Positions 11,401 through 25,533 of a stretch of DNA of 64,000 nucleotides are shown here, piece by piece (positions within the stretch are counted from its first letter, which is position 1; every line of letters starts with the position of its first letter). A program made the translations under genes and the position numbers. The notes below the pieces were generated by a model. That model ran no database searches and was not told the origin of the DNA. It saw nothing but the letters and a program-made list of their open reading frames with translations. This DNA is from Auanema rhodensis (Eukaryota; Animalia; Nematoda): positions 59,001-123,000 of the forward strand of contig CAXKVF010000095.1 in assembly GCA_964057225.1 (NCBI GenBank), in the 5' to 3' direction.

Positions 11401-14400
11401 CTCTTTATCTTTCACGTGAAACGAGTTACATACCAAGTGCACATCACGTGTACATTTAATTAGCATAAATTAAAGTTCACGTAAAATTCAAAGTCATGGT
11501 TACCATGCACCAATATCAATAAAAATTTGTTTTTAGACTAATATGGACATGGGGAATCTAATTTTGAAAACCGCATCTCTTTATCTTTCACGTGAGGCGA
11601 GTTACATACCAAGTGCACATCACGTGTACATTTAATTAGCATAAATTAAAGTTCACGTAAATTTCAAAGTCATGGTTACCATGAAAGAATATCAATAAAA
11701 ATTTGTTTTTAGACTAATATGGACATGGGGAATCTAATTTTGAAAACCGCATCTCTTTATCTTTCACGTGAAGCGAGTTACATACCAAGTGCACATCACG
11801 TGTACATTTAATTAGCATAAATTAAAGTTCACGTAAATTTCAAAGTCATGGTTACCATGCACCAATATCAATAAAAATTTGTTTTTAGACTAATATGGAC
11901 ATGGGGAATCTAATTGTGAAAACCGCATCTCTTTATCTTTCACGTGAAGCGAGTTACATACCAAGTGCACATCACGTGTACATTTAATTAGCATAAATTA
12001 AAGTTCACGTAAATTTCAAAGTCATGGTTACCATGAACCAATATCAATAAAAATTTGTTTTTAGACTAATATGGACATGGGGAATCTAATTTTGAAAACC
12101 GCATCTCTTTATCTTTCACGTGAAGCGAGTTACATACCAAGTGCACATCACGTGTACATTTAATTAGCATAAATTAAAGTTCACGTAAAATTCAAAGTCA
12201 TGGTTACCATGCACCAATATCAATAAAAATTTGGTTTTAGACTAATATGGACATGGGGAATCTAATTTTGAAAACCGCATCTCTTTATCTTTCACGTGAA
12301 GCGAGTTACATACCAAGTGCACATCACGTGTACATTTAATTAGCATAAATTAAAGTTCACGTAAATTTCAAAGTCATGGTTACCATGCACCAATATCAAT
12401 AAAAATTTGTTTTTAGACTAATATGGACATGGGGAATCTAATTTTGAAAACCGCATCTCTTTATCTTTCACGTGGAGCGAGTTACATACCAAGTGCACAT
12501 CACGTGTACATTTAATTAGCATAAATTAAAGTTCACGTAAATTTCAAAGTCATGGTTACCATGCACCAATATCAATAAAAATTTGTTTTTAGACTAATAT
12601 GGACATGGGGAATCTAATTTTGAAAACCGCATCTCTTTATCTTTCACGTGAAGCGAGTTACATACCAAGTGCACATCACGTGTACATTTAATTAGCATAA
12701 ATTAAAGTTCACGTAAATTTCAAAGTCATGGTTACCATGCACCAATATCAATAAAAATTTGTTTTTAGACTAATATGGACATGGGGAATCTAATTTTGAG
12801 AACCGCATCTCTTTATCTTTCACGTGGAGCGAGTTACATACCAAGTGCACATCACGTGTACATTTAATTAGCATAAATTAAAGTTCACGTAAATTTCAAA
12901 GTCATGGTTACCATGCACCAATATCAATAAAAATTTGTTTTTAGACTAATATGGACATGGGGAATCTAATTTTGAAAACCGCATCTCTTTATCTTTCACG
13001 TGAAGCGAGTTACATACCAAGTGCACATCACGTGTACATTTAATTAGCATAAATTAAAGTTCACGTAAATTTCAAAGTCGTGGTTACCATGAACCAATAT
13101 CAATAAAAATTTGTTTTTAGACTAATATGGACATGGGGAATCTAATTTTGAAAACCGCATCTCTTTATCTTACACGTGAAGCGAGTTACATACCAAGTGC
13201 ACATCACGTGTACATTTAATTAGCATAAATTAAAGTTCACGTAAATTTCAAAGTCATGGTTACCATGCACCAATATCAATAAAAATTTGTTTTTAGACTA
13301 ATATGGACATGGGGAATCTAATTTTGAAAACCGCATCTCTTTATCTTTCACGTGAAGCGAGTTACATACCAAGTGCACATCACGTGTACATTTAATTAGC
13401 ATAAATTAAAGTTCACGTAAATTTCAAAGTCATGGTTACCATGAACCAATATCAATAAAAATTTGTTTTTAGACTAATATGGACATGGGGAATCTAATTT
13501 TGAAAACCGCATCTCTTTATCTTTCACGTGAAGCGAGTTACATACCAAGTGCACATCACGTGTACATTTAATTAGCATAAATTAAAGTTCACGTAAATTT
13601 CAAAGTCATGGTTACCATGCACCAATATCAATAAAAATTTGTTTTTAGACTAATATGGACATGGGGAATCTAATTTTGAAAACCGCATCTCTTTATCTTT
13701 CACGTGAAGCGAGTTACATACCAAGTGCACATCACGTGTACATTTAATTAGCATAAATTAAAGTTCACGTAAATTTCAAAGTCATGGTTACCATGCACCA
13801 ATATCAATAAAAATTTGTTTTTAGACTAATATGGACATGGCGAATCTAATTTTGAAAACCGCATCTCTTTATCTTTCACGTGAAGCGAGTTACATACCAA
13901 GTGCACATCACGTGTACATTTAATTAGCATAAATTAAAGTTCACGTAAATTTCAAAGTCATGGTTACCATGCACCAATATCAATAAAAATTTGTTTTTAG
14001 ACTAATATGGACATGGGGAATCTAATTTTGAAAACCGCATCTCTTTATCTTTCACGTGAAGCGAGTTACATACCAAGTGCACATCACGTGTACATTTAAT
14101 TAGCATAAATTAAAGTTCACGTAAATTTCAAAGTCATGGTTACCATGAACCAATATCAATAAAAATTTGTTTTTAGACTAATATGGACATGGGGAATCTA
14201 ATTTTGAAAACCGCATCTCTTTATCTTTCACGTGAAGCGAGTTACATACCAAGTGCACATCACGTGTACATTTAATTAGCATAAATTAAAGTTCACGTAA
14301 ATTTCAAAGTCATGGTTACCATGCACCAATATCAATAAAAATTTGTTTTTAGACTAATATGGACATGGGGAATCTAATTTTGAAAACCGCATCTCTTTAT

Positions 14401-17400
14401 CTTTCACGTGGAGCGAGTTACATACCAAGTGCACATCACGTGTACATTTAATTAGCATAAATTAAAGTTCACGTAAATTTCAAAGTCATGGTTACCATGC
14501 ACCAATATCAATAAAAATTTGTTTTTAGACTAATATGGACATGGGGAATCTAATTTTGAAAACCGCATCTCTTTATCTTTCACGTGAAGCGAGTTACATA
14601 CCAAGTGCACATCACGTGTACATTTAATTAGCATAAATTAAAGTTCACGTAAATTTCAAAGTCATGGTTACCATGCACCAATATCAATAAAAATTTGTTT
14701 TTAGACTAATATGGACATGGGGAATCTAATTTTGAAAACCGCATCTCTTTATCTTTCACGTGGAGCGAGTTACATACCAAGTGCACATCACGTGTACATT
14801 TAATTAGCATAAATTAAAGTTCACGTAAATTTCAAAGTCATGGTTACCATGCACCAATATCAATAAAAATTTGTTTTTAGACTAATATGGACATGGGGAA
14901 TCTAATTTTGAAAACCGCATCTCTTTATCTTTCACGTGAAGCGAGTTACATACCAAGTGCACATCACGTGTACATTTAATTAGCATAAATTAAAGTTCAC
15001 GTAAATTTCAAAGTCGTGGTTACCATGAACCAATATCAATAAAAATTTGTTTTTAGACTAATATGGACATGGGGAATCTAATTTTGAAAACCGCATCTCT
15101 TTATCTTTCACGTGAAGCGAGTTACATACCAAGTGCACATCACGTGTACATTTAATTAGCATAAATTAAAGTTCACGTAAATTTCAAAGTCATGGTTACC
15201 ATGAAGCAATATCAATAAAAATTTGTTTTTAGACTAATATGGACATGGGGAATCTAATTTTGAAAACCGCATCTCTTTATCTTTCACGTGAAGCGAGTTA
15301 CATACCAAGTGCACATCACGTGTACATTTAATTAGCATAAATTAAAGTTCACGTAAATTTCAAAGTCATGGTTACCATGAACCAATATCAATAAAAATTT
15401 GTTTTTAGACTAATATGGACATGGGGAATCTAATTTTGAAAACCGCATCTCTTTATCTTTCACGTGAAGCGAGTTACATACCAAGTGCACATCACGTGTA
15501 CATTTAATTAGCATAAATTAAAGTTCACGTAAATTTCAAAGTCATGGTTACCCTGCACCAATATCAATAAAAATTTGTTTTTAGACTAATATGGACATGG
15601 GGAATCTAATTTTGAAAACCGCATCTTTTTATCTTTCACGTGAAGCGAGTTACATACCTAGTGCACATCACGTGTACATTTAATTAGCATAAATTAAAGT
15701 TCACGTAAATTTCAAAGTCGTGATTACCATGAACCAATATCAATAAAAATTTGTTTTTAGACTAATATGGACATGGGGAATCTAATTTTGAAAACCGCAT
15801 CTCTTTATCTTACAAGTGAAGCGAGTTACATACCAAGTGCACATCACGTGTACATTTAATTAGCATAAATTAAAGTTCACGTAAATTTCAAAGTCATGGT
15901 TACCATGAAGCAATATCAATAAAAATTTGTTTTTAGACTAATATGGACATGGGGAATCTAATTTTGAAAACCGCATCTCTTTATCTTTCACGTGAAGCGA
16001 GTTACATACCAAGTGCACATCACGTGTACATTTAATTAGCATAAATTAAAGTTCACGTAAATTTCAAAGTCATGGTTACCATGAACCAATATCAATAAAA
16101 ATTTGTTTTTAGACTAATATGGACATGGGGAATCTAATTTTGAAAACCGCATCTCTTTATCTTTCACGTGAAGCGAGTTACATACCAAGTGCACATCACG
16201 TGTACATTTAATTAGCATAAATTAAAGTTCACGTAAATTTCAAAGTCATGGTTACCATGAAGGAATATCAATAAAAATTTGTTTTTAGACTAATATGGAC
16301 ATGGGGAATCTAATTTTGAAAACCGCATCTCTTTATCTTTCACGTGAAGCGAGTTACATACCAAGTGCACATCACGTGTACATTTAATTAGCATAAATTA
16401 AAGTTCACGTAAATTTCAAAGTCATGGTTACCATGAACCAATATCAATAAAAATTTGTTTTTAGACTAATATGGACATGGGGAATCTAATTTTGAAAACC
16501 GCATCTCTTTATCTTTCACGTGAAGCGAGTTACATACCAAGTGCACATCACGTGTACATTTAATTAGCATAAATTAAAGTTCACGTAAATTTCAAAGTCA
16601 TGGTTACCATGAACCAATATCAATAAAAATTTGTTTTTAGACTAATATGGACATGGGGAATCTAATTTTGAAAACCGCATCTCTTTATCTTTCACGTGAA
16701 GCGAGTTACATACCAAGTGCACATCACGTGTACATTTAATTAGCATAAATTAAAGTTCACGTAAATTTCAAAGTCATGGTTACCATGCACCAATATCAAT
16801 AAAAATTTGTTTTTAGACTAATATGGACATGGGGAATCTAATTTTGAAAACCGCATCTCTTTATCTTTCACGTGAAGCGAGTTACATACCAAGTGCACAT
16901 CACGTGTACATTTAATTAGCATAAATTAAAGTTCACGTAAATTTCAAAGTCATGGTTACCATGAAGCAATATCAATAAAAATTTGTTTTTAGACTAATAT
17001 GGACATGGGGAATCTAATTTTGAAAACCGCATCTCTTTATCTTTCACGTGAAGCGAGTTACATACCAAGTGCACATCACGTGTACATTTAATTAGCATAA
17101 ATTAAAGTTCACGTAAATTTCAAAGTCATGGTTACCATGAACCAATATCAATAAAAATTTGTTTTTAGACTAATATGGACATGGGGAATCTAATTTTGAA
17201 AACCGCATCTCTTTATCTTTCACGTGAAGCGAGTTACATACCAAGTGCACATCACGTGTACATTTAATTAGCATAAATTAAAGTTCACGTAAATTTCAAA
17301 GTCATGGTTACCATGCACCAATATCAATAAAAATTTGTTTTTAGACTAATATGGACATGGGGAATCTAATTTTGAAAACCGCATCTCTTTATCTTTCACG

Positions 17401-19901
17401 TGAAGCGAGTTACATATCAAGTGCACATCACGTGTACATTTAATTAGCATAAATTAAAGTTCACGTAAATTTCAAAGTCATGGTTACCATGAACCAATAT
17501 CAATAAAAATTTGTTTTTAGACTAATATGGACATGGGGAATCTAATTTTGAAAACCGCATCTCTTTATCTTTCACGTGAAGCGAGTTACATACCAAGTGC
17601 ACATCACGTGTACATTTAATTAGCATAAATTAAAGTTCACGTAAATTTCAAAGTCATGGTTACCATGCACCAATATCAATAAAAATTTGTTTTTAGACTA
17701 ATATGGACATGGCGAATCTAATTTTGAAAACCGCATCTCTTTATCTTTCACGTGAAGCGAGTTACATACCAAGTGCACATCACGTGTACATTTAATTAGC
17801 ATAAATTAAAGTTCACGTAAATTTCAAAGTCATGGTTACCATGCACCAATATCAATAAAAATTTGTTTTTAGACTAATATGGACATGGGGAATCTAATTT
17901 TGAAAACCGCATCTCTTTATCTTTCACGTGAAGCGAGTTACATACCAAGTGCACATCACGTGTACATTTAATTAGCATAAATTAAAGTTCACGTAAATTT
18001 CAAAGTCATGGTTACCATGAACCAATATCAATAAAAATTTGTTTTTAGACTAATATGGACATGGGGAATCTAATTTTGAAAACCGCATCTCTTTATCTTT
18101 CACGTGAAGCGAGTTACATACCAAGTGCACATCACGTGTACATTTAATTAGCATAAATTAAAGTTCACGTAAAATTCAAAGTCATGGTTACCATGAACCA
18201 ATATCAATAAAAATTTGTTTTTAGACTAATATGGACATGGGGAATCTAATTTTGAAAACCGCATCTCTTTATCTTTCACGTGAAGCGAGTTACATACCAA
18301 GTGCACATCACGTGTACATTTAATTAGCATAAATTAAAGTTCACGTAAATTTCAAAGTCATGGTTACCATGCACCAATATCAATAAAAATTTGTTTTTAG
18401 ACTAATATGGACATGGGGAATCTAATTTTGAAAACCGCATCTCTTTATCTTTCACGTGAAGCGAGTTACATACCAAGTGCACATCACGTGTACATTTAAT
18501 TAGCATAAATTAAAGTTCACGTAAATTTCAAAGTCATGGTTACCATGCACCAATATCAATAAAAATTTGTTTTTAGACTAATATGGACATGGGGAATCTA
18601 ATTTTGAAAACCGCATCTCTTTATCTTTCACGTGAAGCGAGTTACATACCAAGTGCACATCACGTGTACATTTAATTAGCATAAATTAAAGTTCACGTAA
18701 ATTTCAAAGTCATGGTTACCATGAACCAATATCAATAAAAATTTGTTTTTAGACTAATATGGACATGGGGAATCTAATTTTGAAAACCGCATCTCTTTAT
18801 CTTTCACGTGAAGCGAGTTACATACCAAGTGCACATCACGTGTACATTTAATTAGCATAAATTAAAGTTCACGTAAATTTCAAAGTCATGGTTACCATGA
18901 AGCAATATCAATAAAAATTTGTTTTTAGACTAATATGGACATGGGGAATCTAATTTTGAAAACCGCATCTCTTTATCTTTCACGTGAAGCGAGTTACATA
19001 CCAAGTGCACATCACGTGTACATTTAATTAGCATAAATTAAAGTTCACGTAAATTTCAAAGTCATGGTTACCATGAACCAATATCAATAAAAATTTGTTT
19101 TTAGACTAATATGGACATGGGGAATCTAATTTTGAAAACCGCATCTCTTTATCTTTTACGTGAAGCGAGTTACATACCAAGTGCACATCACGTGTACATT
19201 TAATTAGCATAAATTAAAGTTCACGTAAAATTCAAAGTCATGGTTACCATGCACCAATATCAATAAAAATTTGTTTTTAGACTAATATGGACATGGGGAA
19301 TCTAATTTTGAAAACCGCATCTCTTTATCTTTTACGTGAAGCGAGTTACATACCAAGTGCACATCACGTATACATTTAATTAGCATAAATTAAAGTTCAC
19401 GTAAATTTCAAAGTCATGGTTACCATGAACCAATATCAATAAAAATTTGTTTTTAGACTAATATGGACATGGGGAATCTAATTTTGAAAACCGCATCTCT
19501 TTATCTTTCACGTGAAGCGAGTTACATACCAAGTGCACATCACGTGTACATTTAATTAGCATAAATTAAAGTTCACGTAAATTTCAAAGTCATGGTTACC
19601 ATGCACCAATATCAATAAAAATTTGTTTTTAGACTAATATGGACATGGGGAATCTAATTTTGAAAACCGCATCTCTTTATCTTTCACGTGAAGCGAGTTA
19701 CATACCAAGTGCACATCACGTGTACATTTAATTAGCATAAATTAAAGTTCACGTAAATTTCAAAGTCATGGTTACCATGCACCAATATCAATAAAAATTT
19801 GTTTTTAGACTAATATGGACATGGGGAATCTAATTTTGAATACCGCATCTCTTTATCTTTCACGTGAAGCGAGTTACATACCAAGTGCACATCACGTGTA
19901 C

Positions 19902-22900
19902 ATTTAATTAGCATAAATTAAAGTTCACGTAAATTTCAAAGTCATGGTTACCATGAACCAATATCAATAAAAATTTGTTTTTAGACTAATATGGACATGG
20001 GGAATCTAATTTTGAAAACCGCATCTCTTTATCTTTCACGTGAAGCGAGTTACATACCAAGTGCACATCACGTGTACATTTAATTAGCATAAATTAAAGT
20101 TCACGTAAATTTCAAAGTCATGGTTACCATGCACCAATATCAATAAAAATTTGTTTTTAGACTAATATGGACATGGGGAATCTAATTTTGAAAACCGCAT
20201 CTCTTTATCTTTCACGTGAAGCGAGTTACATACCAAGTGCACATCACGTGTACATTTAATTAGCATAAATTAAAGTTCACGTAAATTTCAAAGTCATGGT
20301 TACCATGAAGCAATATCAATAAAAATTTGTTTTAAGACTAATATGGAAATGGGGAATCTAATTTTGAAAACCGCATCTCTTTATCTTTCACGTGAAGCGA
20401 GTTACATACCAAGTGCACATCACGTGTACATTTAATTAGCATAAATTAAAGTTCACGTAAATTTCAAAATCATGGTTACCATGAACCAATATCAATAAAA
20501 ATTTGTTTTTAGACTAATATGGACATGGGGAATCTAATTTTGAAAACCGCATCTCTTTATCTTTCACGTGAAGCGAGTTACATACCAAGTGCACATCACG
20601 TGTACATTTAATTAGCATAAATTAAAGTTCACGTAAATTTCAAAGTCATGGTTACCATGCACCAATATCAATAAAAATTTGTTTTTAGACTAATATGGAC
20701 ATGGGGAATCTAATTTTGAAAACCGCATCTCTTTATCTTTCACGTGAAGCGAGTTACATACCAAGTGCACATCACGTGTACATTTAATTAGCATAAATTA
20801 AAGTTCACGTAAATTTCAAAGTCATGGTTACCATGAACCAATATCAATAAAAATTTGTTTTTAGACTAATATGGACATGGGGAATCTAATTTTGAAAACC
20901 GCATCTCTTTATCTTTCACGTGAAGCGAGTTACATACCAAGTGCACATCACGTGTACATTTAATTAGCATAAATTAAAGTTCACGTAAATTTCAAAGTCA
21001 TGGTTACCATGAAGCAATATCAATAAAAATTTGTTTTTAGACTAATATGGACATGGGGAATCTAATTTTGAAAACCGCATCTCTTTATCTTTCACGTGAA
21101 GCGAGTTACATACCAAGTGCACATCACGTGTACATTTAATTAGCATAAATTAAAGTTCACGTAAATTTCAAAGTCATGGTTACCATGCACCAATATCAAT
21201 AAAAATTTGTTTTTAGACTAATATGGACATGGGGAATCTAATGTTGAAAACCGCATCTCTTCATCTTTCACGTGAAGCGAGTTACATACCAAGTGCACAT
21301 CACGTGTACATTTAATTAGCATAAATTAAAGTTCACGTAAATTTCAAAGTCATGGTTACCATGCACCAATATCAATAAAAATTTGTTTTTAGACTAATAT
21401 GGACATGGGGAATCTAATTTTGAAAACCGCATCTCTTTATCTTTCACGTGAAGCGAGTTACATACCAAGTGCACATCACGTGTACATTTAATTAGCATAA
21501 ATTAAAGTTCACGTAAATTTCAAAGTCATGGTTACCATGCACCAATATCAATAAAAATTTGTTTTAAGACTAATATGGACATGGGGAATCTAATTTTGAA
21601 AACCGCATCTCTTCATCTTTCACGTGAAGCGAGTTACATACCAAGTGCACATCAAGTGTACATTTAATTAGCATAAATTAAAGTTCACGTAAATTTCAAA
21701 GTCATGGTTACCATGCACCAATATCAATAAAAATTTGTTTTTAGACTAATATGGACATGGGGAATCTAATTTTGAAAACCGCATCTCTTTATCTTTCACG
21801 TGAAGCGAGTTACATACCAAGTGCACATCACGTGTACATTTAATTAGCATAAATTAAAGTTCACGTAAATTTCAAAGTCATGGTTACCATGCACCAATAT
21901 CAATAAAAATTTGTTTTTAGACTAATATGGACATGGGGAATCTAATTTTGAAAACCGCATCTCTTTATCTTTCACGTGAAGCGAGTTACATACCAAGTGC
22001 ACATCACGTGTACATTTAATTAGCATAAATTAAAGTTCACGTAAATTTCAAAGTCATGGTTACCATGCACCAATATCAATAAAAATTTGTTTTTAGACTA
22101 ATATGGACATGGGGAATCTAATTTTGAAAACCGCATCTCTTTATCTTTCACGTGAAGCGAGTTACATACCAAGTGCACATCACGTGTACATTTAATTAGC
22201 ATAAATTAAAGTTCACGTAAATTTCAAAGTCATGGTTACCATGCACCAATATCAATAAAAATTTGTTTTAAGACTAATATGGACATGGGGAATCTAATTT
22301 TGAAAACCGCATCTCTTCATCTTTCACGTGAAGCGAGTTACATACCAAGTGCACATCAAGTGTACATTTAATTAGCATAAATTAAAGTTCACGTAAATTT
22401 CAAAGTCATGGTTACCATGCACCAATATCAATAAAAATTTGTTTTTAGACTAATATGGACATGGGGAATCTAATTTTGAAAACCGCATCTCTTTATCTTT
22501 CACGTGAAGCGAGTTACATACCAAGTGCACATCACGTGTACATTTAATTAGCATAAATTAAAGTTCACGTAAATTTCAAAGTCATGGTTACCATGCACCA
22601 ATATCAATAAAAATTTGTTTTTAGACTAATATGGACATGGGGAATCTAATTTTGAAAACCGCATCTCTTTATCTTTCACGTGAAGCGAGTTACATACCAA
22701 GTGCACATCACGTGTACATTTAATTAGCATAAATTAAAGTTCACGTAAATTTCAAAGTCATGGTTACCATGAACCAATATCAATAAAAATTTGTTTTTAG
22801 ACTAATATGGACATGGGGAATCTAATTTTGAAAACCGCATCTCTTTATCTTTCACGTGAAGCGAGTTACATACCAAGTGCACATCACGTGTACATTTAAT

Positions 22901-25533
22901 TAGCATAAATTAAAGTTCACGTAAATTTCAAAGTCATGGTTACCATGCACCAATATCAATAAAAATTTGTTTTTAGACTAATATGGACATGGGGAATCTA
23001 ATTTTGAAAACCGCATCTCTTTATCTTTCACGTGAAGCGAGTTACATACCAAGTGCACATCACGTGTACATTTAATTAGCATAAATTAAAGTTCACGTAA
23101 ATTTCAAAGTCATGGTTACCATGAAGCAATATCAATAAAAATTTGTTTTAAGACTAATATGGAAATGGGGAATCTAATTTTGAAAACCGCATCTCTTTAT
23201 CTTTCACGTGAAGCGAGTTACATACCAAGTGCACATCACGTGTACATTTAATTAGCATAAATTAAAGTTCACGTAAATTTCAAAATCATGGTTACCATGA
23301 ACCAATATCAATAAAAATTTGTTTTTAGACTAATATGGACATGGGGAATCTAATTTTGAAAACCGCATCTCTTTATCTTTCACGTGAAGCGAGTTACATA
23401 CCAAGTGCACATCACGTGTACATTTAATTAGCATAAATTAAAGTTCACGTAAATTTCAAAGTCATGGTTACCATGCACCAATATCAATAAAAATTTGTTT
23501 TTAGACTAATATGGACATGGGGAATCTAATTTTGAAAACCGCATCTCTTTATCTTTCACGTGAAGCGAGTTACATACCAAGTGCACATCACGTGTACATT
23601 TAATTAGCATAAATTAAAGTTCACGTAAATTTCAAAGTCATGGTTACCATGAACCAATATCAATAAAAATTTGTTTTTAGACTAATATGGACATGGGGAA
23701 TCTAATTTTGAAAACCGCATCTCTTTATCTTTCACGTGAAGCGAGTTACATACCAAGTGCACATCACGTGTACATTTAATTAGCATAAATTAAAGTTCAC
23801 GTAAATTTCAAAGTCATGGTTACCATGAAGCAATATCAATAAAAATTTGTTTTTAGACTAATATGGACATGGGGAATCTAATTTTGAAAACCGCATCTCT
23901 TTATCTTTCACGTGAAGCGAGTTACATACCAAGTGCACATCACGTGTACATTTAATTAGCATAAATTAAAGTTCACGTAAATTTCAAAGTCATGGTTACC
24001 ATGCACCAATATCAATAAAAATTTGTTTTTAGACTAATATGGACATGGGGAATCTAATGTTGAAAACCGCATCTCTTCATCTTTCACGTGAAGCGAGTTA
24101 CATACCAAGTGCACATCACGTGTACATTTAATTAGCATAAATTAAAGTTCACGTAAATTTCAAAGTCATGGTTACCATGCACCAATATCAATAAAAATTT
24201 GTTTTTAGACTAATATGGACATGGGGAATCTAATTTTGAAAACCGCATCTCTTTATCTTTCACGTGAAGCGAGTTACATACCAAGTGCACATCACGTGTA
24301 CATTTAATTAGCATAAATTAAAGTTCACGTAAATTTCAAAGTCATGGTTACCATGCACCAATATCAATAAAAATTTGTTTTAAGACTAATATGGACATGG
24401 GGAATCTAATTTTGAAAACCGCATCTCTTCATCTTTCACGTGAAGCGAGTTACATACCAAGTGCACATCAAGTGTACATTTAATTAGCATAAATTAAAGT
24501 TCACGTAAATTTCAAAGTCATGGTTACCATGCACCAATATCAATAAAAATTTGTTTTTAGACTAATATGGACATGGGGAATCTAATTTTGAAAACCGCAT
24601 CTCTTTATCTTTCACGTGAAGCGAGTTACATACCAAGTGCACATCACGTGTACATTTAATTAGCATAAATTAAAGTTCACGTAAATTTCAAAGTCATGGT
24701 TACCATGCACCAATATCAATAAAAATTTGTTTTTAGACTAATATGGACATGGGGAATCTAATTTTGAAAACCGCATCTCTTTATCTTTCACGTGAAGCGA
24801 GTTACATACCAAGTGCACATCACGTGTACATTTAATTAGCATAAATTAAAGTTCACGTAAATTTCAAAGTCATGGTTACCATGCACCAATATCAATAAAA
24901 ATTTGTTTTTAGACTAATATGGACATGGGGAATCTAATTTTGAAAACCGCATCTCTTTATCTTTCACGTGAAGCGAGTTACATACCAAGTGCACATCACG
25001 TGTACATTTAATTAGCATAAATTAAAGTTCACGTAAATTTCAAAGTCATGGTTACCATGCACCAATATCAATAAAAATTTGTTTTAAGACTAATATGGAC
25101 ATGGGGAATCTAATTTTGAAAACCGCATCTCTTCATCTTTCACGTGAAGCGAGTTACATACCAAGTGCACATCAAGTGTACATTTAATTAGCATAAATTA
25201 AAGTTCACGTAAATTTCAAAGTCATGGTTACCATGCACCAATATCAATAAAAATTTGTTTTTAGACTAATATGGACATGGGGAATCTAATTTTGAAAACC
25301 GCATCTCTTTATCTTTCACGTGAAGCGAGTTACATACCAAGTGCACATCACGTGTACATTTAATTAGCATAAATTAAAGTTCACGTAAATTTCAAAGTCA
25401 TGGTTACCATGCACCAATATCAATAAAAATTTGTTTTTAGACTAATATGGACATGGGGAATCTAATTTTGAAAACCGCATCTCTTTATCTTTCACGTGAA
25501 GCGAGTTACATACCAAGTGCACATCACGTGTAC
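19902..25533. repeat. 16-mer (2816 bp) higher-order tandem duplication, 2 copies, each containing a 4-mer duplication
   Basis: Lag 2816: T81A 20334/23150, C95A 20348/23164, G40A 20469/23285, T110G 21243/24059, and C170A 21655/24471 and 22359/25175. There is an inner lag of 704 between the monomers at 21486 and 22190. Confidence 0.92.
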
